56,628 bases of DNA from Abditibacteriaceae bacterium (GCA_031372065.1 JANMKN010000058.1:1-56628), one strand, 5' to 3'. Positions 9,491 through 19,080 are shown, counted from the stretch's first letter. Notes: a model not told the origin generated them from the letters alone. Made by a program: numbers and translations.

Positions 9491-10066
9491 ATGGACATTT
9501 TTGAAGCAATTCACACACGTCGCAGCATTGCGCAGTTGCGTGAGGACGAAGTGCCTCGCGAAATGATCGAGCAGCTTTTGGACGCCGCTGTGCGGGCACC
9601 GAATCACAAACGCGTTGAGCCGTGGCGTTTTGCCGTGTTTACCGGCGCTTCACGCGAAAAATTGGCGAATGCGTTTCGCGAAAATTATCGGTTGGATCAT
9701 CCTGAGGCCATGCCCGATGAACTGTCTGGGCCGGGCGAAAAAAGCGCCAAGCGCGCTCTGGCGGCGCCAGTGACGATTGTCGTGAGCAGCGTAGCGGGCC
9801 AAAGCGAAATCGAAACTCTGGAAAATTATTCGGCGGCTTCGGTGGCAACGCAGCACATTCTTTTGGCTGCGCACGCGCTGGGCTTGGGCGCTTATTGGCG
9901 CACCGGCGAAGCGACTTACACCAAACCGCGTAATGCCATTAAAGAACTTATCGGTGCTCCGCCCGAAACGCAAATTGTCGCGTTTCTTTTGATCGGTTAT
10001 CCCGCTATTGAGGCTTCGCCCGGCCCGCGCGCAGCAGCTTCGCAAAAGACGACATGGTTTGACTGA
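9491..10066 (+). CDS. Nitroreductase family protein (YdjA-like)
   Basis: IHTRRSI, APNHKRVEPWRF, LLAAHALGLGAYWRTG, LIGYP. Confidence 0.92.
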   Translation: MDIFEAIHTRRSIAQLREDEVPREMIEQLLDAAVRAPNHKRVEPWRFAVFTGASREKLANAFRENYRLDHPEAMPDELSGPGEKSAKRALAAPVTIVVSSVAGQSEIETLENYSAASVATQHILLAAHALGLGAYWRTGEATYTKPRNAIKELIGAPPETQIVAFLLIGYPAIEASPGPRAAASQKTTWFD

Positions 10067-10138
10067 TTTTGGGTCACTACGGCTTTTGATTTGCATCCTG
10101 ATTTGTGCCTTACAAATCACATCTCAGGAGAACTGTTC

Positions 10139-10603
10139 ATGTCCGAAGATTTAATGGTCGGCGATCAAAAAGTGGAGCGCGCTTCCAAAGAGCAACTCGT
10201 AGAATTGCTAAACGGCGACCTGTCGCGCGAATATCAGGCGATCATCACTTACATTCAATACTCGGCCAGCGTGACCGGGCCATATCGTCAGGAACTCAAA
10301 AACTTTTTTGCGGCTGAGATTCCCGACGAAACGCGGCACGCCCAGTATTTGGCCGACAAAATCGCCGCTTTAGGCGGCGTTCCGTGTGTGACGCCCGAAG
10401 CTGTGCCGCAGGAAACCAATGTCAAAAAGATGTTGGAAAACATTGTCGAAGCCGAACGCACGGCGCGCAACAATTATTCGATGCGTGCCAAGCAAGCCGA
10501 CGAACTCGGCGAAGTTGGTCTTGCCAATCGCCTTGAAGATATGGCCGACGACGAATCGGGCCACTTGGATGAGACTTTGAAAATTCTCAGCGGCTGGGAT
10601 TGA
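10139..10603 (+). CDS. Ferritin-like/bacterioferritin-family protein
   Basis: AGGAG RBS before ATG 10139. REYQAIITY, DETRHA, LADKIAALGG, EAE, DESGH give the diiron ExxH pattern. Confidence 0.88.
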   Translation: MSEDLMVGDQKVERASKEQLVELLNGDLSREYQAIITYIQYSASVTGPYRQELKNFFAAEIPDETRHAQYLADKIAALGGVPCVTPEAVPQETNVKKMLENIVEAERTARNNYSMRAKQADELGEVGLANRLEDMADDESGHLDETLKILSGWD

Positions 10604-10614
10604 AAGCCAAACGC

Positions 10615-10651
10615 AAAAAGGGCATCAGAATTTGATTCTGATGCCCTTTTT
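10615..10651. terminator. Bidirectional intrinsic terminator
   Basis: AAAAAGGGCATCAGAAT-TTG-ATTCTGATGCCCTTTTT between convergent genes. Confidence 0.85.
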
Positions 10652-10652
10652 G

Positions 10653-10850
10653 TTATTCGTCGTTGCTTTTTGGTGGCCCAATGCGCGGTTTGGGAGTTGG
10701 TGTGGGAGCCGGGGCGGGTTTTCCGCCTTTGCCTTGCATCGGCACCTCTGTCGCCCCAGAAATTTGATGTTTGGTGGGCGCTGCTTTGGTCGCGCTATTC
10801 AATGTAAAAATCACCGCCAACAGCGGCAACAGGGAAAGAAATTTTTTCAT
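10653..10850 (-). CDS. Small secreted Pro/Lys-rich peptide (paralog 1)
   Basis: GAGG RBS, Sec-type signal MKKFLSLLPLLAVIFTLNSATKA, tail QGKGGKPAP...GPPKSNDE. Ends at a terminator. Confidence 0.7.
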   Translation of the reverse strand: MKKFLSLLPLLAVIFTLNSATKAAPTKHQISGATEVPMQGKGGKPAPAPTPTPKPRIGPPKSNDE

Positions 10851-10993
10851 CGTTCGTCCTCAATTCGTCGCAAACAGTCTGGCCTATCGGCATCTGAGCG
10901 TCAACTTTGTTGACAGTAAGATCACCTTTAGTTTTGCAACGCCCAACCGACGCTGCAAAAGCAGGCTTGTTTCATAACATATGCACAATACAC

Positions 10994-11033
10994 AAAAAAG
11001 CCGCGACTGAGAATCAATCTCAAACGCGGTTTT
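10994..11033 (-). terminator. Probable terminator of peptide gene 2
   Basis: Imperfect hairpin AAAAAAGCCGCG..TGAGA-ATCAA-TCTCA..CGCGGTTTT, giving a U tract on the minus strand. Confidence 0.55.
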
Positions 11034-11059
11034 CGAGTTGACGTTGCGTTAAAAGCGAC

Positions 11060-11248
11060 TCAATCCTCGTTGCTGTGAGGTGGCCCTTTGGGTTGAGTTG
11101 GCTTAGGCGTTGGCTTAGGCGCCGGCTTACCACCTTGGGCTTCCAATGATGGAATACGATGGTTGGATGCCTGCGTTGGAGGCACTGGCATTACAAAAAT
11201 GCTCAGTAAAAACAAAGCAAAAGGCAGGATTTTCGTTAATTTCGACAT
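11060..11248 (-). CDS. Small secreted Pro/Lys-rich peptide (paralog 2)
   Basis: MSKLTKILPFALFLLSIFVMPVPPTQA signal-like region. Tail QGGKPAP...GPPHSNED matches paralog 1. Confidence 0.68.
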   Translation of the reverse strand: MSKLTKILPFALFLLSIFVMPVPPTQASNHRIPSLEAQGGKPAPKPTPKPTQPKGPPHSNED

Positions 11249-11322
11249 GATTTCACACTCAACAGCCCCTACAGACGGCACAATGCGCCGTTTGTTTCAA
11301 AAGAAATTCTTATACTTAATAT

Positions 11323-13656
11323 GTGACTCATTTTAAGTATTACAAGGGCACACCGGCTTTGGGAAATACTTCGCCGGACGTCCTGCTGAAATTTCCATTA
11401 GCTTTTTTTCGCGCCTTTGCTTTGATCGTTATTGTTGTTAGTTTCAACGGTGGCGTGGCTTTCTGCGCCTTAGAGCGGCAATCGGCGGGCGAAGCAGCCG
11501 TGGAGCGCGGTGATTTCGAGGCGGCTGTGACGGCGTGGCGCGAAGAAGCGCGCCGCTACGAGGCCAATCGTAATGCGTCGGGTCGCATTCGCGCGCTGGT
11601 GAATTTGGCCGAGGCTTATCAAGAATTGGGCAGGCCGGAACTGGCTTTGACGACTTTGGAAATGGCGCGCGATGCGGCCACACGCAGCGCCGACAAACGC
11701 GGTCTGATAGCGATCAAAAACAGCCTCGGCAGCCTTTATACGCGTAGCGGAAAATCGGCTTTGGCCGAGCCGCTGCTCATGGAAAGTTTGGCGTTGGCGG
11801 AGCAGGAAAAAGACTCGATAGGCATCGCTTTGGTCGCCAATAATCTCGGTAATCTTTTCGCCAGTCAGGAACGCGACGCGCTGGCACAGCAGAATTATTT
11901 GCGTTGCACAGCCCTCGCAGCGGAATTGCGCGATTGGGTCTTGTCGTCGCGCGCCACATTGAATTTGGCCGCACTTTTAGCGCGTGAAGGACAAAACGCA
12001 CAAGCCTCCGGTTTTTGCGAGCGTGTTTGGAAAAATCTGTTTGATTTGCCCGATTCCCACGACAAAGCGCAGCTTTGTCTTGCGGTGTCCTATCTATTTC
12101 AAACACTGGCCGGACGCGACGAAAAACTGCTTGACAATGCCGCGCAGCCAGCCCGCGAAGCGCAGAGAATCGCCGAAAAAATCGGTGATTCGCGTTCGCT
12201 TTCATCGGCGTTCGGTTATTTGGGTGCGATTGCTGAAAAACAGGGTCGCCACGCCGAAGCCGTGCCACTGACGCGCCGGGCGCGGTTCCTCGCGCAGCAA
12301 ACGCAGTCGCCGCATTTGCTTTATCAATGGGAATGGCAAATGGCGCGGCTGCTCAAAGCGCAGGGCCAGACGGACGAAGCGATTGGCGCCTATCGCCGCG
12401 CCGTCGAGACGCATCACACGCTCTGCGATTGCGCCGGCTGCGGCGGCGACGCGCCCGCTTCGTTTCGTGAAACGGTTGGCCCGCTTTATTATCAACTGGC
12501 CGATTTGCTTTTGCAGCGTGCGAATTCTGGCATCGACGCGCAAAAAAATCTGGCCGAGGCGCGCGACACGTTGGAGATTTTGAAGACCGCCGAAATCGAA
12601 GACTATTTTCATGACATTTGCGTGACCGTCGGGCAGGCCAAAGTGCGCGATGTCGAAGCGGTTTTGCAAAACGCCGCCGCGATTTACTATGTGCCTTTGC
12701 CGGATCGCACCGAAATTCTGCTTGGCTTGCCGTCGGGCTGGCGGCGTTTTTTCATTGCTATGGGCGCGGGCGCGCTCAATGCCAAAGCGCGGCGACTGCG
12801 TTTGCACCTCGAACGGCCTTCGTCTGACCGTTATCTGATTTACGCGCAAGAACTTTACGAGGCGCTGATTCGCCCGCTCGAAGCCACGCTGCGCGCCGAA
12901 AAAGTCGGCACGCTCGTCTTTGTGCCGGACGGCGCATTGCGCGCCATTCCGCTGGCGGCACTGCATGACGGTCAGCAATTCTTGATTGAAAAATTTAACG
13001 TCGCTGTTGTGCCCGGCCTGACGCTGATGGACCCTCGCCCGCTGCCGCGCGGCAAGATTTCGGTGTTGGCTGGCGGCGTGTCGGAAGCGGTGCAAGGCTT
13101 CGATTCGCTGCCGGGCGTGTCCGGCGAACTGGGCCACATCCGGCAAAATTATGATGCGAAAGAATTGCTCAACGCCGACTTTACTAAAGCCGCCGTGCAG
13201 CGCCGAATTGCCGAAGGCGCATATCAAATTATCCACATCGCCTCGCACGGCGAGTTCAACGGCGACCCGCAACAAACCTATTTGCTGACCTACGATGGCA
13301 GGCTGACGCTGAATGATTTGGAGGACGTGATCCGGCCTCATCAATATCGTGGTGTGCCGGTGGAATTGCTGGTTCTCAGTGCCTGCCAGACCGCCGCTGG
13401 AGATGATCGCGCCGCGCTCGGATTGGCCGGCGTTGCGCTAAAATCGGGAGCGCGCAGCGCGCTGGCGACGCTGTGGTCGGTGGGCGACGAGGCCAGCGCC
13501 GAACTGATGAACCAGTTTTATTCGGCCTTGAAAAAAGACCCGTCGCTCTCGAAAGCGGCGGCGCTACGCATGTCACAAATCGCGTTGCTCAAAGACAAAC
13601 GTTTCCAACATCCGGCGCTCTGGTCGCCGTATTTATTGATTGGAAATTGGCTTTGA
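11323..13656 (+). CDS. TPR + CHAT (caspase-like) protease; exact start uncertain
   Basis: TPR helices, YQWEWQMARL, VFVPDGALRAIPLAALHDG, catalytic IHIASHG and LSACQTAAGDDRAALGLAG, LATLWSV, HPALWSPYLLIGNWL. Confidence 0.93.
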   Translation: MTHFKYYKGTPALGNTSPDVLLKFPLAFFRAFALIVIVVSFNGGVAFCALERQSAGEAAVERGDFEAAVTAWREEARRYEANRNASGRIRALVNLAEAYQELGRPELALTTLEMARDAATRSADKRGLIAIKNSLGSLYTRSGKSALAEPLLMESLALAEQEKDSIGIALVANNLGNLFASQERDALAQQNYLRCTALAAELRDWVLSSRATLNLAALLAREGQNAQASGFCERVWKNLFDLPDSHDKAQLCLAVSYLFQTLAGRDEKLLDNAAQPAREAQRIAEKIGDSRSLSSAFGYLGAIAEKQGRHAEAVPLTRRARFLAQQTQSPHLLYQWEWQMARLLKAQGQTDEAIGAYRRAVETHHTLCDCAGCGGDAPASFRETVGPLYYQLADLLLQRANSGIDAQKNLAEARDTLEILKTAEIEDYFHDICVTVGQAKVRDVEAVLQNAAAIYYVPLPDRTEILLGLPSGWRRFFIAMGAGALNAKARRLRLHLERPSSDRYLIYAQELYEALIRPLEATLRAEKVGTLVFVPDGALRAIPLAALHDGQQFLIEKFNVAVVPGLTLMDPRPLPRGKISVLAGGVSEAVQGFDSLPGVSGELGHIRQNYDAKELLNADFTKAAVQRRIAEGAYQIIHIASHGEFNGDPQQTYLLTYDGRLTLNDLEDVIRPHQYRGVPVELLVLSACQTAAGDDRAALGLAGVALKSGARSALATLWSVGDEASAELMNQFYSALKKDPSLSKAAALRMSQIALLKDKRFQHPALWSPYLLIGNWL

Positions 13657-13782
13657 CACAGTATTTGAAACACAAAGACGCCATGATAAGAAGAGGGGGG
13701 AGTGGGGGAGATTAGGAGCAAGAGCAAATGAGATTGTCATTTTTGTGTCTTTGCGTCTTTGTGTTGCAATTTTTTGCGTGAG

Positions 13783-15537
13783 TTAAAGCAAATTCCACGA
13801 CAGAAAAAAGTGGATGCCTTTGTCTTGCAAATCGCCTCCAGGCGAACTGATTTTGCGGAAGGGATGGCCCCAAAAAAGTTGGGCGTTGACGCGGCGGTTA
13901 GGCGTGTAAAGCAGGCCGAGTCCCGCGCTGCCGATGGTGTCGCTGCCGGTAAGTATCGGCGCACTGCTGACAGATAGATTTTTGCCGTGACCGAAGTCGG
14001 CGAAGGGCACTAAAACAAGAATTTCCTTGCCAGATTTGGCGAACACGATGGGCAAATGCAGTTCCGCCGAGGCAACGATGCCTTTGTCGCGCACCAATTG
14101 ATTTTGCCGGTAGCCGCGCACGCTATTCGCGCCGCCGATGGCGAACTGCTCCACCGACAGCAAAGGCCGGTTAGACCACTGACCATTGGCGCGCAACACC
14201 AATTGGCGGCCCGATTCATCAAGCACTCGAACAAATTGCGCTTGGCCGAGCCACGTCAAAAACCTGCCGTTCGGCGGCAGTGCGTTGTGCGTGGAACCGG
14301 AAAAATCGCCGCCCCAACTGAGCAGCGAACGCGCTGCGAAAACCTCGCGTGGCGCGCGATTTAAGAATTCTCCGCCGAAGCGCAGCGCGGTGGTTTGCGC
14401 TTTGCCGTTAAAGTCGCCGCGCGAAAAGGAAAACGGCACGCCGCCTAAAAAAGTTTGGCTTTGGCGATGTTCAACCATCAGCGAAAAGGCGGTTTCCCGT
14501 CGCGTTGTTTTGCCGAGCAGCTGCCGCACACCAACGTCCACGTTTTCCGAGCGGCTGGAAATGTCCAGCGATTTAAACGGCTCTTCGATGACCGCCGAGT
14601 CGCCTTTGGAATACGCGAATTGCAGATTCGCATTGCGGCGACTGGGCGGCGATTTGTAGGTCAACGCGAAGTCGCGCAGCGGCGAACTGAATTGATGGAG
14701 TCCGCCCTGCGTCAGCCCGGCGTTCCATTGCAGCAGGTCGTCGCGGCCCGTGAGATTGCTGCTGGCGGCGACCAATCGCAGCCGCTCCCCACCGATACTG
14801 GCCGGGCGATGATTATCGAATTCCAGCGCGATTTGATAGGGACTGTTTTCGTCCACATCCACTTTCAACAAGGCTTCTCCCAGACGCACGCCGGGTTGCA
14901 CTTCGGCATTGATGCGGCGCACATTAGGGTTTTCCCGCAGCACTTGCAACGCTTCGCGCACCGCATTCACGCTGAAAGGTCGTCCGGCGCCGCGCGCGAT
15001 TTTGGCGGCCAAATAATTGGTGCGATAGCGCTGGTTGCCGGTGATTTTAATCTCCGCTAACGTGCCTTCGATAATGGTGAAAGTAAGCACACCCTCGGCG
15101 GAGTTTTGCTCCTTCAGCAGGGCGCCAGAGTTGACGTAGCCGTGATTGACGTAGTGCAAAGTCAATTTGCGGCGCGCTTCTTCCAACTCCTCGGCGGTCA
15201 CGTCGCGGTTGGAGAATTGCGCGATGACTTTTGCCAGTTCCACCTGCGAAAAGGCGGTGTTGCCTGCGAAATGAAACTCGCGCACACGAACGCGCTCTGC
15301 CGTCGAAAGCTGCTGCGCCGGCCACACGCGGGCGCGTTCGATGGCGATGGGAAATTCAAGAGGCCTATCGCGCAGACGTATTTCCGCGTTGACCGGCAAT
15401 GGTGTGGGCGCGGCGAAGCGATATTTTGCGAAGTGGGCATCGCCAAAAGACGACTGCGCCAAGCCCGGCGCGGTGCGGAGAAGGAGTAGCAAACCAAGTG
15501 TCAGCGCAATTGTTGGATTCAAGAAATGGTTCTCCAA
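13783..15537 (-). CDS. ShlB/FhaC/HecB (TpsB) two-partner-secretion outer-membrane transporter
   Basis: POTRA GNTAFS...LTLHYVNHGYVNSGA, EQFAIGGANSVRGY motif, C-terminal LQDKGIHFFLSWNLL. Confidence 0.92.
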   Translation of the reverse strand: MENHFLNPTIALTLGLLLLLRTAPGLAQSSFGDAHFAKYRFAAPTPLPVNAEIRLRDRPLEFPIAIERARVWPAQQLSTAERVRVREFHFAGNTAFSQVELAKVIAQFSNRDVTAEELEEARRKLTLHYVNHGYVNSGALLKEQNSAEGVLTFTIIEGTLAEIKITGNQRYRTNYLAAKIARGAGRPFSVNAVREALQVLRENPNVRRINAEVQPGVRLGEALLKVDVDENSPYQIALEFDNHRPASIGGERLRLVAASSNLTGRDDLLQWNAGLTQGGLHQFSSPLRDFALTYKSPPSRRNANLQFAYSKGDSAVIEEPFKSLDISSRSENVDVGVRQLLGKTTRRETAFSLMVEHRQSQTFLGGVPFSFSRGDFNGKAQTTALRFGGEFLNRAPREVFAARSLLSWGGDFSGSTHNALPPNGRFLTWLGQAQFVRVLDESGRQLVLRANGQWSNRPLLSVEQFAIGGANSVRGYRQNQLVRDKGIVASAELHLPIVFAKSGKEILVLVPFADFGHGKNLSVSSAPILTGSDTIGSAGLGLLYTPNRRVNAQLFWGHPFRKISSPGGDLQDKGIHFFLSWNLL

Positions 15538-15545
15538 AAAGGGGC

Positions 15546-15745
15546 GGGCTTGCGCCCAATGGCATTAAGTTAAGCGATTCAGAAACGTGGCGTCCCTCCC
15601 TCCGGGCGGGACTGAGGGAGGGCATAACGGCGGCATAGCCGCCCTCAACCCCCACCTAATCCTGCCCGCAGTAAGCGGGCGCCCGCCCAAAGGGGAGGAA
15701 CTATGCTCTCGAAATCCTTAACTTAATGCCATTGGGCGCAAGCCC
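15546..15745. mobile_element. Non-autonomous MITE with IS4-like ends and an internal palindromic repeat
   Basis: Perfect 29-bp terminal inverted repeat GGGCTTGCGCCCAATGGCATTAAGTTAAG (15546-15574 / 15717-15745). No transposase inside. Confidence 0.75.
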
Positions 15746-15751
15746 CGCAAA

Positions 15752-18076
15752 TCACTTTCCACCACTCGGCAGCAATCCCGAAGGCCCCGGCGGAGCGGCG
15801 ATTTGGCGGCGCACGGTGAAACTGCTCGACTGTCCGCGCCGCAGCACGAGGCAGCGTTCTTGAAGATAGCTTTCTGCCGTGAGCGGATTAGTGGTCAGCC
15901 GCACGAGCGAGGCGCCGACGTTGGTGTTGGGCGATTGCACTTCGATATTGCCCGCTACACCGAACTGCGACGACGCGCTGATGTCGGTGTCCGCCGAAGG
16001 CAAATACACATTCGCCGTGATGCTGATGTTGCCGCCGCTACCGTTGATGGCGTCGGCTTTGAGCAGGCTTTTGTCGAGAATCACGAAGCGCGAATCAAGG
16101 GCGATGTTGCCGCCGTCGCCCTGCGCGAGACTGACGATGCTGCTACGCGAAAGCCGCACCATGTTGCCCACTTTGATATTGATGTTGCCGCCGTTCGATT
16201 GCGGCGCCGCTGTGCCAATGGAGCCATGATTGGGCAGCAGTAAATCGTTGGCGGCGTTCAGCTCAATTGTCCCGGCGTCGCCGTTGCCTTCGGAAGCGGC
16301 GGTAATGCTGGCGCCATTGAGTATGTGAATGTTGGTGGCATTCACGCGGATGTCGCCGCCTTTACCGCCATTTGTCGCCTTGGTGCCAGCGCTGAGGCCC
16401 GTTGCTTCGGCATCGCCCTGACCGTTCAAAATCACGCTTTTGGCCGAGATGATGACACTGCCGCCGTCGCCTTGGCCGTCAGTGTCGGAGGAGATTTCGC
16501 CGCCGTTGAAAAGACGCAGCGACGTGACGTTTATATTGACGGTGCCGCCGTTGCCTTGGCCATCGGCGTCGGTGGAAATCACGCCGCCGTTCACAACGTT
16601 TAGCGCCTGGCCCGTCACTGTAATGCCACCGCCGCCGCCTATGCCGGAACTGTCGGAAGTCAGGCCGGTCAAGCCTTCGCCGTTCATGTCGTCAATAAGC
16701 ACCTCGTTGGCGTTGATGACAATGTTGCCGCCCGCGCCGTCGCCAAAACCGTTGCTGGAAACGTTGCCGCCGTTGACGAGGCGCAGCGTGCCGTCGGTTA
16801 AAATGATCGTGATGTCGCCGCTCCGCTTTGCGCCGAAACTGGAAGTGGAAACGCTGCCTCCGCCCAGAATTTGCAGCGTGCGCGCCGCGATGGTGATGCT
16901 GCCGCCTACGCCGCTTTCGGGTTCGGTGGTTTCGGCGCTGATGCCGGTCACATCGGTGTCAGTTTGCGCGTCAATAATCACGTTGTTGGCCGAGATAATC
17001 ACGCTGCCGCCGTTGCCACTTCCATCGGTGTCAGCGGAAATTTCGCCACCATTAAGAAGGTGCAGAGCCGAAGTTTGAATTATGACGCTGCCGCCGTTGC
17101 CGGCACTTTCGGTGTCGGTGGTGATTACGGCGCCGTTGGCGAGGCGCAGCACCCGGCTCGTCACCGCAATGTCGCCGCTGGCGCCTCCGTTGACGGGCGC
17201 CAAAGTTTGCGTGGCAATTATCGCACTGTCGGGAACACCTCCTGCATCAAGAATGACGCTATCAGCCTGAATCGTTATGTGTCCGCTGTCGGCAACTCCC
17301 TCGGTGGCGGCCACGATGGAGGAGTTTTGCCCCATTTTTAAGTTGCTGGTCAGCGAAATATCAATGCCGCCGCCTTGCGTTATGGTGTTAGTTGCCTGAA
17401 GTTCGGCATTGCGCAGCGACAAATTTGTGCCGCGCACCATGATGGAGCCGCCTTCGGAAACTTCGAGACGTGCGCCGCCTTTTATGCGCACATCGCCGCC
17501 GATCAGCGAAAGCGATTTTCCAGCTTTCATTTGCAGCGTGCTGCCGTTGATTTCTATTGGCGACGGCTGCGGATTCAAAAAGCCAAATGCCGCTGGCGGC
17601 GCGCTGGTGAGAACACTGGCCGCCGGGTTCTGCGCGTGAAACACGCCGCCATCTTTCAAGCGCGCGAAATCCGCTGTGCTGGCGACAAACGAGCCGCCGA
17701 TATCCACTTGCGCGTGCGGGCCGAAAACCACGCCGCTGGGATTAAGAAAGAAAAAATTCACGCCGGGAATGGTGGAAGCCAGACGGCCATCAATGTTTGA
17801 AGCATTGCCGCCGGTTACGCGCGCCAAAATATTGGCGATGTTGTTTGGCCCGCCAAATGTTGCCGAGTCGCCCATCGCCAAATTAAAGTCGCGGAAGCTA
17901 TGAAACAGGTTCGGCCCAAAGGTTTGGCCGAGCGTGCTGGGAATTGAATAGTTGGGGCCAGTCAGCGATGTCGCCGCGCCCAACGTGCCGTCCGTCGCGA
18001 TTTGCGCGTGCGCGGCGGGCACCAAGGCAACGCAAGATAATAGGGTGATGAAGTGATTGGTTCGCGTGTTTCGCAT
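15752..18076 (-). CDS. Filamentous haemagglutinin-family (TpsA) exoprotein
   Basis: Signal AHA-Q, TPS domain NLFHSFRDFNL / NILARVTGG / FFLNPSGVVFG, and GNGGSVII beta-helix repeats. Confidence 0.93.
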   Translation of the reverse strand: MRNTRTNHFITLLSCVALVPAAHAQIATDGTLGAATSLTGPNYSIPSTLGQTFGPNLFHSFRDFNLAMGDSATFGGPNNIANILARVTGGNASNIDGRLASTIPGVNFFFLNPSGVVFGPHAQVDIGGSFVASTADFARLKDGGVFHAQNPAASVLTSAPPAAFGFLNPQPSPIEINGSTLQMKAGKSLSLIGGDVRIKGGARLEVSEGGSIMVRGTNLSLRNAELQATNTITQGGGIDISLTSNLKMGQNSSIVAATEGVADSGHITIQADSVILDAGGVPDSAIIATQTLAPVNGGASGDIAVTSRVLRLANGAVITTDTESAGNGGSVIIQTSALHLLNGGEISADTDGSGNGGSVIISANNVIIDAQTDTDVTGISAETTEPESGVGGSITIAARTLQILGGGSVSTSSFGAKRSGDITIILTDGTLRLVNGGNVSSNGFGDGAGGNIVINANEVLIDDMNGEGLTGLTSDSSGIGGGGGITVTGQALNVVNGGVISTDADGQGNGGTVNINVTSLRLFNGGEISSDTDGQGDGGSVIISAKSVILNGQGDAEATGLSAGTKATNGGKGGDIRVNATNIHILNGASITAASEGNGDAGTIELNAANDLLLPNHGSIGTAAPQSNGGNINIKVGNMVRLSRSSIVSLAQGDGGNIALDSRFVILDKSLLKADAINGSGGNISITANVYLPSADTDISASSQFGVAGNIEVQSPNTNVGASLVRLTTNPLTAESYLQERCLVLRRGQSSSFTVRRQIAAPPGPSGLLPSGGK

Positions 18077-18090
18077 GGTGATTTTGCTTT

Positions 18091-18154
18091 ATCGGGGCAC
18101 GGCGGGTGCCCTCAGGGCGGATGCGTGCTGGGACACGCCATAGCGTGTCCTTAC
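18091..18154 (-). repeat. REP/REPIN remnant carrying a GGGCACCC micro-element
   Basis: Minus strand reads GTAAGGACACGCTATGGCGTGTCCC, then a degenerate inverted REP interrupted by CGCCCTGAGGGCACCCG (18119-18103). Confidence 0.55.
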
Positions 18155-19080
18155 AAATCATTTTGTTCAGCAAGTTGTTGCTCGGCGCGGCTTTGAGCGT
18201 AGCGGCCCTGCTCGTTATACAGGTTCGCCAGCGTCCCGTGAACTGCGGCGGATTCGGGATAGGCGGCGGCTAAAGATTCGTAGGCGGCGATGGCGTCGTC
18301 CCACAAGCTGTGGCGCGCATAAACTTCGACGCGCAGCACTTGATTGAGGGCTTGGTCGCCCTCGGCGGCCAGCGTCTTGATTTCCTCCGTTACGACTGTC
18401 TGTTCGTCTGCGGTCAGCACGCGAAAAATGCCGTTGGCGTCGAAGCGCACGCCGTTGACCATCGCACTCACGCGCCAAATGTAGTCAATGCCCGCCTTTA
18501 AATGCGGCGCATCCGCCGGATAAGTCGCGGTGGAAGCGAAGACTTCGCTTTGCCAAATTTGCTCGTCTTTTTCGTCCCAGATTTTCAGCTTATACGAAGC
18601 CGCGCCGTCCACCGAGCGCCATTTGAAAACCGGACGCGCGAGAATTGCGGTGTTGGAAAGCGATTGTAATTCGATGTCGTGCGGGCCGCCACGGATGACG
18701 GTGCCGCCCGGCCTGCCGGTGGCGATGCGGCTGTGCGCGAGGTCTTTTATCTGCCGCAGCGCCACTGCGGGCAGCGCTTTGGCCGCCGGGCCGGATGCGG
18801 TTTTGCACGAATCCGGCGCGACGAGAGTTACGCTGCCGGGCGCCAGTTGATAACGCGCGCCGTTTTTAAAAAGCGCGATAGTCGCTTCGCCGTTTGGCTC
18901 GACTTTGATTTTTCCGCCGTCCGCCACGCTTTCCATGGCCGAGGCCTTGCTCCACTTGTTTTTGGCCGGACGAAAGGTTTGCACGTTGCCTTTCACTGCC
19001 ACCAGCAGGCCCACTTCGGCGGCGCTTGCGAACTTTGGCAGCGTCGTCGCCAAAGCTAACCACAACAATTTTTTCAACAT
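18151..19080 (-). CDS. Secreted FecR-like/Ig-like/TPR protein (DUF928-like) of the CHAT-TPS-CHASE2 cluster
   Basis: Signal peptide, RPVFKW...LKAGIDYIWRV, YARHSLWDDAIAAY. Position is typical of DUF928 genes. Confidence 0.65.
   Translation of the reverse strand: MLKKLLWLALATTLPKFASAAEVGLLVAVKGNVQTFRPAKNKWSKASAMESVADGGKIKVEPNGEATIALFKNGARYQLAPGSVTLVAPDSCKTASGPAAKALPAVALRQIKDLAHSRIATGRPGGTVIRGGPHDIELQSLSNTAILARPVFKWRSVDGAASYKLKIWDEKDEQIWQSEVFASTATYPADAPHLKAGIDYIWRVSAMVNGVRFDANGIFRVLTADEQTVVTEEIKTLAAEGDQALNQVLRVEVYARHSLWDDAIAAYESLAAAYPESAAVHGTLANLYNEQGRYAQSRAEQQLAEQNDL

Noticed and set aside
12202..13344. Long antisense ORFs (380 aa here; also 36042-36875, 42112-43068 and 34488-35246)
   Set aside because: They are shadow frames opposite well-supported genes in GC-rich DNA.
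15752..18076. CdiA contact-dependent inhibition toxin
   Set aside because: Only 774 aa, with no VENN/pre-toxin motif, toxin tip or immunity gene.
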